DNA of 63,080 nucleotides, counting the filler, from NCBI RefSeq assembly GCF_002087085.1. It is 7 parts of 7 records of this genome, joined end to end, with 100 filler letters (N's around TTAATTAATTAA, not from the genome) between each part and the next. Parts side by side here need not be neighbours in the genome. Positions count along the whole stretch, not along the records: positions 30,113 to 42,275 come from NZ_MWQY01000039.1; positions 42,376 to 49,809 come from NZ_MWQY01000040.1; positions 49,910 to 55,248 come from NZ_MWQY01000042.1; 4 more parts are not named here. The stretch is one strand, 5' to 3'. The notes beneath the pieces were generated by a model, which made no database searches, was not told the origin of the DNA, and saw only the letters and a list, made by a program, of their open reading frames with translations. Below are positions 39,501-50,011 of the stretch, one piece after another. The first letter of the stretch is position 1. The number at the start of each line of letters is the position of its first letter. A program made the translations under genes and the position numbers.

Positions 39501-42275
39501 CACAGCTTTCCGGCTATACCTTCCCGGATGGCGATGAGGTTTTTCCGGTCCCTGATGAAAACCAGAGGGTGTACAGCTACAGTACGGCGGCACCGCCGGT
39601 ATCGGTTGAGCCGATACTCTGCAGAGCCATCGAGCCGGAAACGGCCCTGGGAGGAACAGAAAGCGACGGTACTATCCTGCTTGACCGTATGGGCAATGAG
39701 GCGGGCGATAGCTACCGTGTCTATCTTGAACCCGACGGAGAGGATTCGTACGCCCTGGTGGATGAGAGCGACAGCGAAGATGGAACGGCCTACCGGACAA
39801 CGGAGATTTCATCCTCCGATACGCTAATCCGTGTCCGCTACGAGCGGGACGGGGTTCGGCATACCTATGCGCTTACACAGCCGTCGTATCGGCTGGAACA
39901 GGTGCCGGGCGAGCTGTTCCGCCCGGCAGTGGAGGAGTACTTCAGCGATTGCCGCACAGGCGTACCCGATCCGGCACGCTTGTCTGCAGGACAGCATGCG
40001 GCATTCCAAGCCCAGGCAGCCCTGGCCGAAATCTCCATACCGGAAGACGCGTATCTGCTGGTCATCCATAACGAAGGGACGGTGGACGAGTACAGTCTCT
40101 ATGAGCTGAGTGAGGAACTTTCTGCCGAAGACCAGGCCGCGGTCTACAGCGTATGGGCATCCTTCGATGCTGTGGAATCCAATAACGGTACGACGAGCCT
40201 CTTTTTCAGTTTTCTGAACACAGACGGCGAAGAAGCGCTGTGGCCGAGGCTCCTGACTGCGGAGGAAGCGGGCGCATTGTGCGGCAGCCAGGACATTTCA
40301 GAAAGCCTGTTTACTCCCGTCAGCCTTCTGGACGGCAGCACCGTCTACACGGTTGCCGATAATCTGGATGGAGATCAAGAGAACCGGCTGACTGAGGCCC
40401 TCCGTTCCTATCGGATATACGCCGAACTGTTTCCGTTTTACAACCTGGATGAGTCTGATGATATGTACAGTCTTGATGATGAAACGGACCCGGAGTATTT
40501 CGAATTAATAGAAGAGCTCTTCCGGACGGCGGAATTACGGGTAATGACGCGGCTCGCGCGGAGCCTGACCTACTCCTCGAACGGTGTGTTTCCTGTACGG
40601 GGATCGGTGGAAGCCCGTACGGGCGATGAAATCTCTGTCAGCAGGAATGAAGAGCAGGCCGCAGGAGGCTGGGAAGAGAGCGGGGTCGTCAATATTCCGC
40701 GCTTTGATGGTGAGGGGGATACCGTCCTTGTTCCAGGCTATGTGCATGTTTTCGACAGCCGCTACGATTTTGCGGCAGAGAGCATAATTGCGGAAGACGA
40801 AAATGAGTACGATTTTGTCGATACGAAAATTGAGGATAATGAGACGACCCTGGAGAGCCTTTACGGGGCAAATATACCCAGGGAGTATCTTGAAGGCGGT
40901 GTGTACGGCTGGTATTACGGCGCGTGGAGCGGATTTTATGCATGGAACAGTGATTGGCTGGGAGACGCACCGAATTATAGCGGGCAGCACAACACGGGAG
41001 TAACCCCCCCGCCGTATTATACACAGCTGAATCCGAATCCTCCGACTGCAGATACCGCAGACAGCCATCTGCATACCTGGGGACGGCAGGAACTTGTCAT
41101 GAGCGACGATACCTGGATTGGTTCGGTGGATGTAATTACAGACACGAGTATCGATGATAATGGCAACCCGGTGTATACACCGTATCAGTTTTCTGTCGCC
41201 CTTACGGGAGAAACCATGTGGCCCACCCGCAGCGGAGGCGATTATTACTGGACGATTCCGAATATAACTCTTGACGAGGAGGGCAGTAGCGGTCCTTCGC
41301 AATCCCTCTCTTTTATTAGTACCAGCCGCGGAAAATCTACGGACATAAACGGCGAAGTCTCCTTCGGAATGGGAGCCAGCGGAGGCTCCAACCGCGGAAA
41401 TACCCAGCAGTACGAAGGCTTCATGGATATCAATGGTGACCGTTTCCCGGATCTTGTACGCTTCGACAAACAGGGGAAGGGCGGCAGTTTTACCTATTGG
41501 CCGGGAACTGGGTACGGCTTTGGTGCCGCAGAACGGGGAAACAAGGTAATAGATTACATTACCCGGAATTCCAATGACGGACTAACCTTCGGCGCGAGCA
41601 TCGGCAGCTCTTCCGGCGGCGGAATCTACGAGGCCGACGGGGAGGGGTTTATACAGGAGTTCAAAACGAACGTTCAGGATGCCACGGCTGAACCAAATTT
41701 ATCTGCAGGAATAAATGTATCCGCCGCCGAAAGCATCCAGAACATGGGACTACTGGATATAAACGGCGACGGTCTGCCGGACCAGGTGACCGGATCATCA
41801 GATCTGAACGCTTACCTGAACGCCGGCGGGACCTTTGTCGGCACCGCCGGTTTCTCCGGACCGGCCATAACGAAAAAGGTTGCCGCCAGCGCGGGGGGTG
41901 TCTTGTCAGGGGAGACCCAGGGGATCTCCTACTCCCATACCGGGTCCTTCGGCGGAACCTTTTCCCTCTCTGGCGGAGTGAATGTCGGAGCGGCCTCCGC
42001 GACGCTCGGGTCTTCGTTCAGCTACGGCGGATCGACAAAAAAGGTAAACGGGCGTCTGATGGACATAAACGGGGACGGCTTACCCGATTATGTGGTCAAG
42101 GACAACAACGAAGGCTTCTTCCGGGTACGGGTGAACACGGGCAGCGGCTTTAGCCCCTCGGAAATCCGCCTGTATCGCCCCGGCTGGGGAACCGGTATGG
42201 ATTTAAATGCCGACCTGGAAAGTGACCTGAGGCAGATAGCGAATAACCTGAGCTTTCCCGGCTCGGCGGCGGGAG
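36518..42275 (+). CDS. Giant polymorphic toxin precursor: signal peptide, ZU5, SpvB/TcaC N-terminal domain, FG-GAP repeats (3' end cut off by contig end)
   Basis: ZU5 (GGVISFDGVTVDVPAGA...PDGQQFQKPVSISIPY...THFT), SpvB (FSIPLRLPPGR..PQVSLRYDS..G.GFSL), five DxN/DGDGxxD-like repeats; no stop before the gap. Confidence 0.88.
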
Positions 42276-42375
42276 NNNNNNNNNNNNNNNNNNNNNNNNN
42301 NNNNNNNNNNNNNNNNNNNTTAATTAATTAANNNNNNNNNNNNNNNNNNNNNNNNNNNNNNNNNNNNNNNNNNNN
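42276..42375. other. Artificial contig linker
   Basis: N run with TTAATTAATTAA. Confidence 0.98.
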
Positions 42376-42430
42376 ACCCTCACTCCCAAAATAGTAAAGG
42401 AGCTGACTAAGATTCTTCTTAGACAGCCCC
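42376..42430. mobile_element. Probable IS1182-like terminus
   Basis: The first 55 nt of the contig end in TTAGACAGCCCC and contain an internal hairpin GGAGCTGACTAAG...CTTAGACAGCCCC, resembling IS1182 right ends. Confidence 0.45.
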
Positions 42431-42633
42431 TTTTACGTCAGCGAGCGAAGGGAATCCTCTCCGGTCGTCGTCATCGTGACGACTCCCTTCGAGCCGCCGC
42501 GTTCGCTGGCGCGCGGCATCGTGCCGCGCTTCCGGGCCTGTGCGGCCCGCGCTCACTTGTTTCGATTCCCTTCTCTATATAGTAAAAAGCCTCCCTGCCG
42601 GGAGGCTTTTTACGTCAGCGAGCGAAGGGAATC
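42431..42633 (-). repeat. 26-bp duplication of the tRNA-Gly(CCC) 3' end with a structured insert
   Basis: TTTTACGTCAGCGAGCGAAGGGAATC at 42431-42456 and 42608-42633 (177-bp period). Confidence 0.88.
42584..42611 (-). terminator. Terminator after tRNA-Gly(CCC)
   Basis: AAAAAGCCTCCCTGCCGGGAGGCTTTTT. Confidence 0.85.
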
Positions 42634-42687
42634 GAACCCTCGTCACAAGCTTGGGAAGCTTGGGTAATACCATTATACGACGCTCGC
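42617..42687 (-). tRNA. tRNA-Gly (CCC)
   Basis: GCGAGCGTCGTATAATGGTATTACCCAAGCTTCCCAAGCTTGTGACGAGGGTTCGATTCCCTTCGCTCGCT folds as a cloverleaf; CCA not encoded. Confidence 0.96.
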
Positions 42688-42699
42688 ATTTACATGTGC

Positions 42700-42729
42700 A
42701 GTATACTTATCCGTGTTGTACTTGGTCAA
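42700..42729 (-). promoter_or_regulatory. Sigma70-like promoter of tRNA-Gly
   Basis: TTGACC-18 nt-TATACT just upstream of the tRNA. Confidence 0.6.
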
Positions 42730-42819
42730 GACAGATTCTGCCTGATAAGCACTTGCCTTGATCAAGCAGACATGTTTCTGCTACACATGAAGCGCGGACG
42801 TTTCCGCTGGAAGGTATGT

Positions 42820-43185
42820 ATGCCGGAAAAAAAGACTATTATAGAAAACAAAGGTAAAAAGATTGTCTCTTCCGGACTGGTACGACGGGGATTCCTGGTC
42901 GGCGTTTCAGCCAATATTCTTGGTCAGGGATATGTCCTCGAATCAGGTGAAACCCTGATCGGCAGGGATTCTTCCTGCAGGATTCGTATTAACGACAAAC
43001 AGATCAGCGGAATCCATTGCCGGATCAACTCGTCATCCCAGGGTATAATCATCGAGGATCTGGACTCGTCCAACGGCACCTATCTTAATCGTAAAAAGAT
43101 CAAAAAGCCCATGCCAATCAACTACGGTGACAGAATAGTGATCGGGGAATCGATCCTTCGCTTTCTGTTTGAAGAGGAACTTTGA
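42820..43185 (+). CDS. FHA domain protein
   Basis: IGR, SGIH and DLDSSNGTYLN motifs. Confidence 0.88.
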   Translation: MPEKKTIIENKGKKIVSSGLVRRGFLVGVSANILGQGYVLESGETLIGRDSSCRIRINDKQISGIHCRINSSSQGIIIEDLDSSNGTYLNRKKIKKPMPINYGDRIVIGESILRFLFEEEL

Positions 43186-43203
43186 ATTCCTCCATTTTCT
43201 GAC

Positions 43204-45421
43204 TCAACCGAATACGCTGCGAAGCCACTTATACAGCGCCTCTTCTTCCAGAGGTTTTGAGAAAAACCATCCCTGGGCCTCATCGCAGCCCAGGTCCCGC
43301 AGGGCACGGTACTGGTCCCCTGTTTCAACACCTTCGGCAGTAACCATCATCCCGAGATTTCTGCCAAGACCGAGAATAATGCGGGCGATACTGTCGTCCT
43401 GCTCCATTTCCAGGATAAAACTCCTGTCTATCTTGAGCCTGCCCGCGGGAATATACTTGAGAATGCTCAAGGATGAGAAACCTGTTCCGAAATCATCTAT
43501 GGCAATATTTACCCCGATCTCCCTGATCTTCAGCAGCAGATCCCGTGTTTTTTTGGGATCATCGGCCGCTATGGATTCGGTTATCTCCAGCTCAATCTTA
43601 TCCGGAGGTACATTGTAATCCTGAAGAATCCGTTCAAGAACCTGGACGAAGTCTGCTTCCTGCAGCTGGAGCTGAGAAACGTTTATGGACATAACCAGCG
43701 AGGTGTATCCCTGTTCGCGAAGCCGGGACAGCTGCCAGCAGGCACTCCTGAGAACATGGTTCCCGATAATGACCATCAATCCTGACTGTTCCGCCAGGGG
43801 AATAAAGTAATCCGGAGAAATATAATCTCCCTCCTCGTTCTGCCATCGCAGAAGGGCCTCAAGACCGTCCGGTTTTCCCGTATCAAGACTGATTTTCGGC
43901 TGGTAGACCAGAAAGAATTTCTGAGCCTCTATGGCGCTGCGGATTCCCCGCAGCAGCCGGATCCTGTCCCGCATGATACCGCCCATTTCATCTGAGAAAT
44001 AGACAGCCGACCCGCGTTTGGTGTGCTTTGCCGGTTTAAGGGCAAGATTGGCGTTTTTCAGCACCTCCGGATCCGCTGGCTTTCCCCTTTCCAGAGCCAC
44101 AAGACCGATGGTGGCAGAAAGTCTCAGTTCGTTCCCCTGAATGGGAAAAGGGTTGTCAAAAAGGGCGAGCAGTTTGACGGCATTGACCTCCGAGGCAGGT
44201 CCCAGCAAACCGAAAGTGTCGCTGTTTATCCTTGATATAACGCTTTCATTCAGATTATTCCGAAGAGTACGGTAGACCTCCTTCAGGACTGCGTCACCAA
44301 ACTCATGCCCCAGGGTATCGTTTATTGATGAGAAGTCGTCGATATCAATGACGGCGAAGCATCGGTCTCCGCTGATTACAGGGGATTCTGTAATGAGCTC
44401 CAGCATCTTGTTGAGATTCGGAATACGCAGCAATGGATCGAGATACGCCTGGTCCCGCAGACGTTCGTACAGTACAACATTGTCAAAGCCCACGGCCATA
44501 TTGGAACCAAAGACCTCCAGCAGGTGTCTGTTATTCTCTTCAATACGCTCACCCGTCTCCACGAAGGCTACGAGCTCACCCCCATTTTCTGTGGAAAAAT
44601 AGAGAGCCAGTCCCTCGTCGTACAAATTACACCTCTCTCAGACAGCGTTCTATCGCCCCCCTGATGGCCTGATTGTCAAGATTCGTCAACGGCTGCTCGA
44701 TAAGGCTGCTGTAACGGCCGGCTGCGGCTATTATGCGGGGAGACCCCTTATCTTCCGGCCCTCCCGTCTGGGCACAGATGAGCCCCTCGGGTTCGATGTT
44801 CAACAGAGCGCAGAGCTGTTCCACAACCCCGGCGGCAAAAAGTTCGAGCCCCCGTTTCTGATTGAGTTCCGTACTTGCCTTGACGACCATTTCCAGACCG
44901 GAACGCATCTCGTCAATCTTCTTCATTTGATTATAGGAACGGATTGCAGTGGTCAGACTTGTATACAGCCTTGTGCGGGTCAGCTCCGATTTTGTCTTGT
45001 AGTCATTTATGTCGAAGTGACGGATTGTGTCCAGTTCGGGAGCATAACCCGGCTGACCGGTCCGCAGTATAATCCGCAGGCTCTGAGAGCCGGGTAATTT
45101 CCGAATTTGCCTGATTACTGCAAGCCCGGCATCCTCGGTTTCCATAACTACATCCAGGATCGCAACTGCAATATCCCTGGTATCGGTAATGAGCTTAAGA
45201 GCTTCCCCGGCACTGTAGGCGTGGATAAGCCGAATGGGACGATCCTCGATAATGAGTCCCCGAAGGGCAAAGTCTGTAGCCTTATGCACGTCGGGATCAT
45301 CATCAACCACAAGGACCTTCCAGCTCTTTCGGGATTTTACCTCCAATCCTGTTTCGACGGAATCTTCCAATATCGAAAGATATTCATTCTCGTTATTATC
45401 GATTACATTCACACTGTCCAC
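43204..45421 (-). pseudogene. REC-DUF3369-GGDEF(degenerate)-EAL regulator, frameshifted near 44635
   Basis: ORF 44627-45421 has REC (VVDDD, LDVVME, LRTGQPG); ORF 43204-44625 continues in another frame with SRINSDTF, EAL and DDFGTG. Confidence 0.85.
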
Positions 45422-45490
45422 CAGACAACCAGTTATTCAGTACTCATTACTAGTATTGGAAATTAATTTCTCCAATGCAAATTTTTCTGT

Positions 45491-47142
45491 TCAGGCCTCA
45501 TCGGGAGCCTTAACAGGTAATGAGATGTTCACGCTGGTTCCCTGTCCGGGTTCACTTATTACCCGGATCGATCCCCCCAGGATTCCGGTCACCAGGGAAT
45601 AGACAATATGAAGCCCGAGACCGGATCCCCCCTTTCCGAGTTTTGTGGTGAAAAAGGGATCAAAGATTTGGGGAAGAACCTCAGGTTCAATCCCGCAGCC
45701 GTTGTCGACGACCGCAAGCTTCACATACCCGTCCGTGCCCATATGGGCGGAAAAACGGATTTCACCCTCCGGGGAATCTTCGAAGGCGTGGACCAGCGCG
45801 TTATTCACCAGATTCATCAGTACCTGGGATAAGGGGCCGGGGTAACTGTTCATCCTGATCTCAGGATCCACATCAAGGGTCAGTGAGACGGTGCTTCGTT
45901 TGAACAGAGGGCTGAGGGTGAGCCGCAGCTCATTTGCTATCTCGGTGAGCATGAAGGGACGTCGCTGATGACTCGACTGGTCCACCGCCACCTGTTTGAA
46001 GCTCTTGATCATCTCGGCCGCCCGGAGCAGGTTCCGCTCCATTATCTCCGAGGACTCCTGCAAATCCTGAAGAAACCTGTCCAGCTCGGAGCGCTTGAGC
46101 CCTTCGGCCAGAAATTCGTTAAAACGCGGCCCCATATCCCGCATGGTGCTGGCCACCATAAGCGCATTTCCGATCGGCGTATTCAGCTCATGAGCCACTC
46201 CAGCGACAAGGGCTCCAAGGCCCGCCAGCTTCTCCGACCGTATCAGCCCCTCATGAGTCAGCTCCAGTGTAGAAAGGGCATCCGCCAGTTCCCTGGTCCG
46301 CTCCCGCACCCTGTCCTCAAGCTCAGCGTTGAGTCTTTCAAGCTCCGCCTGAACCCGCCGTTCCTCTGTTACATCGTAGAAACTGACTACAATCTCCGAG
46401 CCGATCATTGCTCCGCCGAATATCAGGTTTCGCCGTTCGCCGCTTTTCGTTGCGACCAACAGCTCCGTGGGACGCAACTCTCCTCCCTTTTCCCTTATCC
46501 GCCTGATCCCGGCTCCCCACATGGTTTTTGCTCTCTCACGGTCTTCAGGATCGGGATAAGCCAGGGGCCACCAATGATCCAGGTCTGGCAGCTCATCCAG
46601 GGTATAGCCAAAAAGATTTCGGTGCCATCTGTTATGGGCTACAATGCCCCATCCAGAGATAAAAGAGCAAGGGCCACAGGAGCCAGCTCAAAGAGCCGGC
46701 GGAAACGCTGTTCGCTCTCCTCCAGGGCCCGCTCCGCTTCTATGCTGCGGGTTACATCCCGGAATACGGAGACGTAGCGTTTTACCTCTTTACCCTCGGA
46801 CAGACGCACCGTTTTCGCCGGGTTCAGGGAGATCTCTGCGGTAAAAACAGTGCCGTCGGACCTGAGATGCTGCCACAGAAAATGCCTGGCCCTGCCCGCC
46901 ATGGCATCCGCCATCAATTCCCGGGAATACTCGATGGATTTCCGTCCGTTTTTCTGATATTCCGGGGAGAGGGTTCCCGGATGCCGTCCTACAAGATCAT
47001 CACGGGACAGACCATAGAGAAGACAAACCGCAGGATTGCACTCGATAATTATTTCATCTTCTATCAGGAGCATACCGTCGTTGGCATGCTCCACCATCTC
47101 TCGAAAAACAAGCAGCTCTTCGTCATGTTTCTGCAGGGACAT
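45491..47142 (-). pseudogene. PAS-PAS sensor histidine kinase, frameshifted near 46648
   Basis: The PAS ORF stops at 46639; a shifted frame reads IVAHNRWHRNLFGYTLDELPDLDHWWPLAYPDP and joins the HELNTP / FDPFFTTK / GSGLGL kinase. Confidence 0.88.
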
Positions 47143-47186
47143 GCATTAAGCCTAGGCAGGCCCCAGGCAGAAGTCAAGGAAAGTCC

Positions 47187-49391
47187 TCAGTAATCGTATT
47201 CCCGGGCTTCGCCGCGGACCTCAAAGACCGCACTGAGAGGTTCGATCCCGGTGAGTACGATGCTCCTTCTGTCCGGCTGACTGCCTCCGATGTAGACCTG
47301 GAACTTGCCCGGTTCCAGGATCCGCCGTCCCTCGTCATCGATCATGGTCATGAGGCGGGGAGCAAGGGTAAAGCTGACCTCCGATTCTTCGCCGGGTTTC
47401 AACTTCAGCTTGCGAACTCCTTTCAATTCCCACCGGGGGACACGGGTACCCGCCTCGAGGTCCCGGAGGTACAGCTGTACTGTTTCGCCGGACTCAAAGC
47501 TGCCGGTATTTTTTACCCGGACCCGGCACTCCAGCCGGTCGCCGACTTCGATGGCATCCTTCTCCAAGGTCAAAGCACTGTATTCAAAGCTGGAGTAACT
47601 CAAACCATAGCCGAAGGGATACAGGGCCTCCCCCGTCATATACCGATAGGTACGGTTAATCATGGAATAGTCCCGGAAGTCAGGCAGATCTTCAGTGGAA
47701 CGATAGAAGGTAACCGGGAGTCTTCCCGAGGGGCTGTAATCACCGAAGATCATCGATGCTATGGCTTGTCCCCCCTCCGCTCCGGGGTACCAGCCGAGGA
47801 GAATTGCAGGTACCTGCTCATCAGCCCAGGTAAGGGCCAGAGCACTGCCGGTCAGGAGCACCAGGATAACCGGTTTTCCTGTGGAACAGACGGCCTCCAA
47901 AAGCTCCTGCTGTTGTCCGGGGAGTTTCAGGTCCTTCTTGTCACCCCGGGGAATCTCCTCCGCTCCGCCGGGACCTGCCGCTTCACCCTCGATAATGTGG
48001 ATCTCTTCCCCTTCTATGGTGGGATCCAGCCCGAGGCAGACCACTGCGACGTCCGCTCTTTGAGCCGCCGCCACAGCCTCGGCAAGGCGGTCCTTCGGTT
48101 CCGCCCGCTTTTCTATTCTGTTGGCGTAGAGATGGCAGCCTTCGGCATAATAGACCCGGGTATCCGGCTCAACCGCCTGCTGGATACCCCGCAGCACGGT
48201 GACCATGTGCGACGGGGTACCGCAGTAATTGGCCTTCATAGCCTCTTCATTGTCGGCGTTGGGACCGATAACGGCGATGGATTTAATACTCTTCCTGTCC
48301 AGGGGCAGCAGCTTCTTCTCGTTTTTCAGGAGAACCAGAGACTGTCCGGATACCTCCAGGGCAAAGTCCCTGTGTTCCCGGCAGTCATTCACCTCATAGG
48401 GAGTGGAAGCAAAGGGGACATGACCGGGATCATCGAACATTCCCAGCTTCATGCGGGTTAGCATCAGGCGGGTTACCGCCCGGTCGATCGCCTCTTCCGG
48501 GACCAGGCCTTCCTTACAGGCGTCCATAAGATGCATGTACATGTGTCCGCAGTTAAGGTCGCAGCCGTTGTTCATGGCAAGGGCGATGGATTCGGAGGGA
48601 GTCTTTGTAATCTTGTGGTCCTCATGAAAGTCCTTTATGGCCCAGCAATCGGATACTACATGGCCCTTGAAGCCCCACTCCTCCCGCAGGATTTTCTGCA
48701 GCAGGGTCGGGCTTCCGCAGCAGGGCTCGCCGTTCGTCCTGTTGTAGGCGCCCATAACAGATTCCACCCCAGCCTCCTTTACAGCATCCCGGAAGGCCGG
48801 AAGGTAGGTCTCCCGTATGTCCTTGGGAGATGCCACCGCATTGAAACTGTGCCGTTCAGCCTCGGGTCCGCTGTGAACGGCGAAATGTTTTGCACAGGCT
48901 GCACTCTTGAGGTACTTTTTATCCGCACCCTGGAGTCCCCGGATAAAGGCTACACCGAGCCTGCCGGTCAGATAGGGGTCCTCCCCGTAGGTCTCATGCC
49001 CCCGGCCCCATCGTGGATCCCGGAAAATATTGATGTTGGGAGACCAGAAGGTCAGCCCCTTGTAGATACCATGATCATTCTGGCGCTGAAACTCATGATA
49101 CTTGGCCCTCCCTTCGGTGGAGATTACATCGGCGACCCGGAAGAGCAGCTCTTCGTCAAATGTAGACGCCATGGCTATGGCCTGGGGAAACATGGTAGCC
49201 ACCCCGGCCCGGGCGACCCCATGAAGGGCCTCGTTCCACCAGTTGTAGGCGGGGATTTCCAGCCGGGGGATTGCGGGAGAATTGTAGCGGGTCTGAGAGG
49301 CCTTTTCTTCCAGGGTCATTCTGGAAACAAGATCACGGGCACGCTCCTCGAAACTCAGGGATTCATCTTTGTAAGCCGGTTTTTCTTTCAT
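47187..49391 (-). CDS. Glycoside hydrolase family 3 (beta-xylosidase/glucosidase)
   Basis: WWNEALHG, RDPRWGRGHETYGEDP, KHFAVH, VVSDC nucleophile and an Fn3-like C-terminus. Confidence 0.95.
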   Translation of the reverse strand: MKEKPAYKDESLSFEERARDLVSRMTLEEKASQTRYNSPAIPRLEIPAYNWWNEALHGVARAGVATMFPQAIAMASTFDEELLFRVADVISTEGRAKYHEFQRQNDHGIYKGLTFWSPNINIFRDPRWGRGHETYGEDPYLTGRLGVAFIRGLQGADKKYLKSAACAKHFAVHSGPEAERHSFNAVASPKDIRETYLPAFRDAVKEAGVESVMGAYNRTNGEPCCGSPTLLQKILREEWGFKGHVVSDCWAIKDFHEDHKITKTPSESIALAMNNGCDLNCGHMYMHLMDACKEGLVPEEAIDRAVTRLMLTRMKLGMFDDPGHVPFASTPYEVNDCREHRDFALEVSGQSLVLLKNEKKLLPLDRKSIKSIAVIGPNADNEEAMKANYCGTPSHMVTVLRGIQQAVEPDTRVYYAEGCHLYANRIEKRAEPKDRLAEAVAAAQRADVAVVCLGLDPTIEGEEIHIIEGEAAGPGGAEEIPRGDKKDLKLPGQQQELLEAVCSTGKPVILVLLTGSALALTWADEQVPAILLGWYPGAEGGQAIASMIFGDYSPSGRLPVTFYRSTEDLPDFRDYSMINRTYRYMTGEALYPFGYGLSYSSFEYSALTLEKDAIEVGDRLECRVRVKNTGSFESGETVQLYLRDLEAGTRVPRWELKGVRKLKLKPGEESEVSFTLAPRLMTMIDDEGRRILEPGKFQVYIGGSQPDRRSIVLTGIEPLSAVFEVRGEAREYDY

Positions 49392-49621
49392 AATTTCATC
49401 CTTTATCTTATATATGTACGCTGACTATAAATTTAAAAGATTTTAACATGAAATTCCGGTAATGGAACAATAATTCATAAGCGCCCCTCAATCCGTATAG
49501 AGAAGCGGAATACATAAGCCCGGATACTGCGGGAAGAACAGAAGTCCCAAAACCTTGCCGGGTCCAGGTGAAAAGCTTTCAATTTTCAATATATTGGGGG
49601 AAAACAGCCCTCACGTTTTTC

Positions 49622-49650
49622 TTGACAAAGCAGTATCCAGGGATTACCGT
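49622..49650 (+). promoter_or_regulatory. Sigma70-like promoter of tRNA-Val
   Basis: TTGACA-17 nt-TACCGT, 10 nt before the tRNA. Confidence 0.6.
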
Positions 49651-49660
49651 ATGATCAATC

Positions 49661-49732
49661 GGGCGATTAACTCAGTGGGAGAGTGCTACCTTCACACGGT
49701 AGAAGTCACTGGTTCAAATCCAGTATCGCCCA
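49661..49732 (+). tRNA. tRNA-Val (CAC)
   Basis: GGGCGATTAACTCAGTGGGAGAGTGCTACCTTCACACGGTAGAAGTCACTGGTTCAAATCCAGTATCGCCCA cloverleaf. Confidence 0.96.
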
Positions 49733-49808
49733 GTCTGTCTTCCGGGGAAGACCATTCCTGCAAGCTGGGCGCACTTCGTGCTATCCAGTATCGCCCAGTC
49801 TGTCTTCC
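49718..49808 (+). repeat. 26-bp duplication of the tRNA-Val 3' end
   Basis: ATCCAGTATCGCCCAGTCTGTCTTCC at 49718-49743 and 49783-49808 (65-bp period); the contig breaks here. Confidence 0.9.
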
Positions 49809-49809
49809 A

Positions 49810-49909
49810 NNNNNNNNNNNNNNNNNNNNNNNNNNNNNNNNNNNNNNNNNNNNTTAATTAATTAANNNNNNNNNNNNNNNNNNNNNNNNNNNNNNNNNNN
49901 NNNNNNNNN
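49810..49909. other. Artificial contig linker
   Basis: N run with TTAATTAATTAA. Confidence 0.98.
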
Positions 49910-49964
49910 TCATTACACCACATGGAGGTATTTTTTTCTACACGTGAAAATCGCTCAGGTTAGG
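49910..49964 (-). mobile_element. Terminus of a multicopy IS (CCTAACCTGAGCG..., IS1380/IS1634-like), copy 1
   Basis: Identical 55-mer at four contig ends with different flanks. Confidence 0.8.
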
Positions 49965-50011
49965 ATATCATAGAAGCAGAGGAGTTGAAAGAGATAAAAG
50001 GGCTCTTTCCC

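Noticed and set aside
30113..42275. Type VI secretion, CDI or Tc holotoxin locus
   Set aside because: No VgrG/PAAR/Hcp, TpsB/haemagglutinin or TcA signatures are on the contig, and the toxin has a Sec-type leader.
42276..42331. C-terminus of the 1937-aa ORF (X...LIN)
   Set aside because: It is translated linker; the real gene is incomplete.
42376..42430. Third unit of the tRNA-Gly(CCC) repeat
   Set aside because: The hairpin differs from the tRNA terminator and the 55-nt stub fits an IS1182-like end better, though this is not certain.
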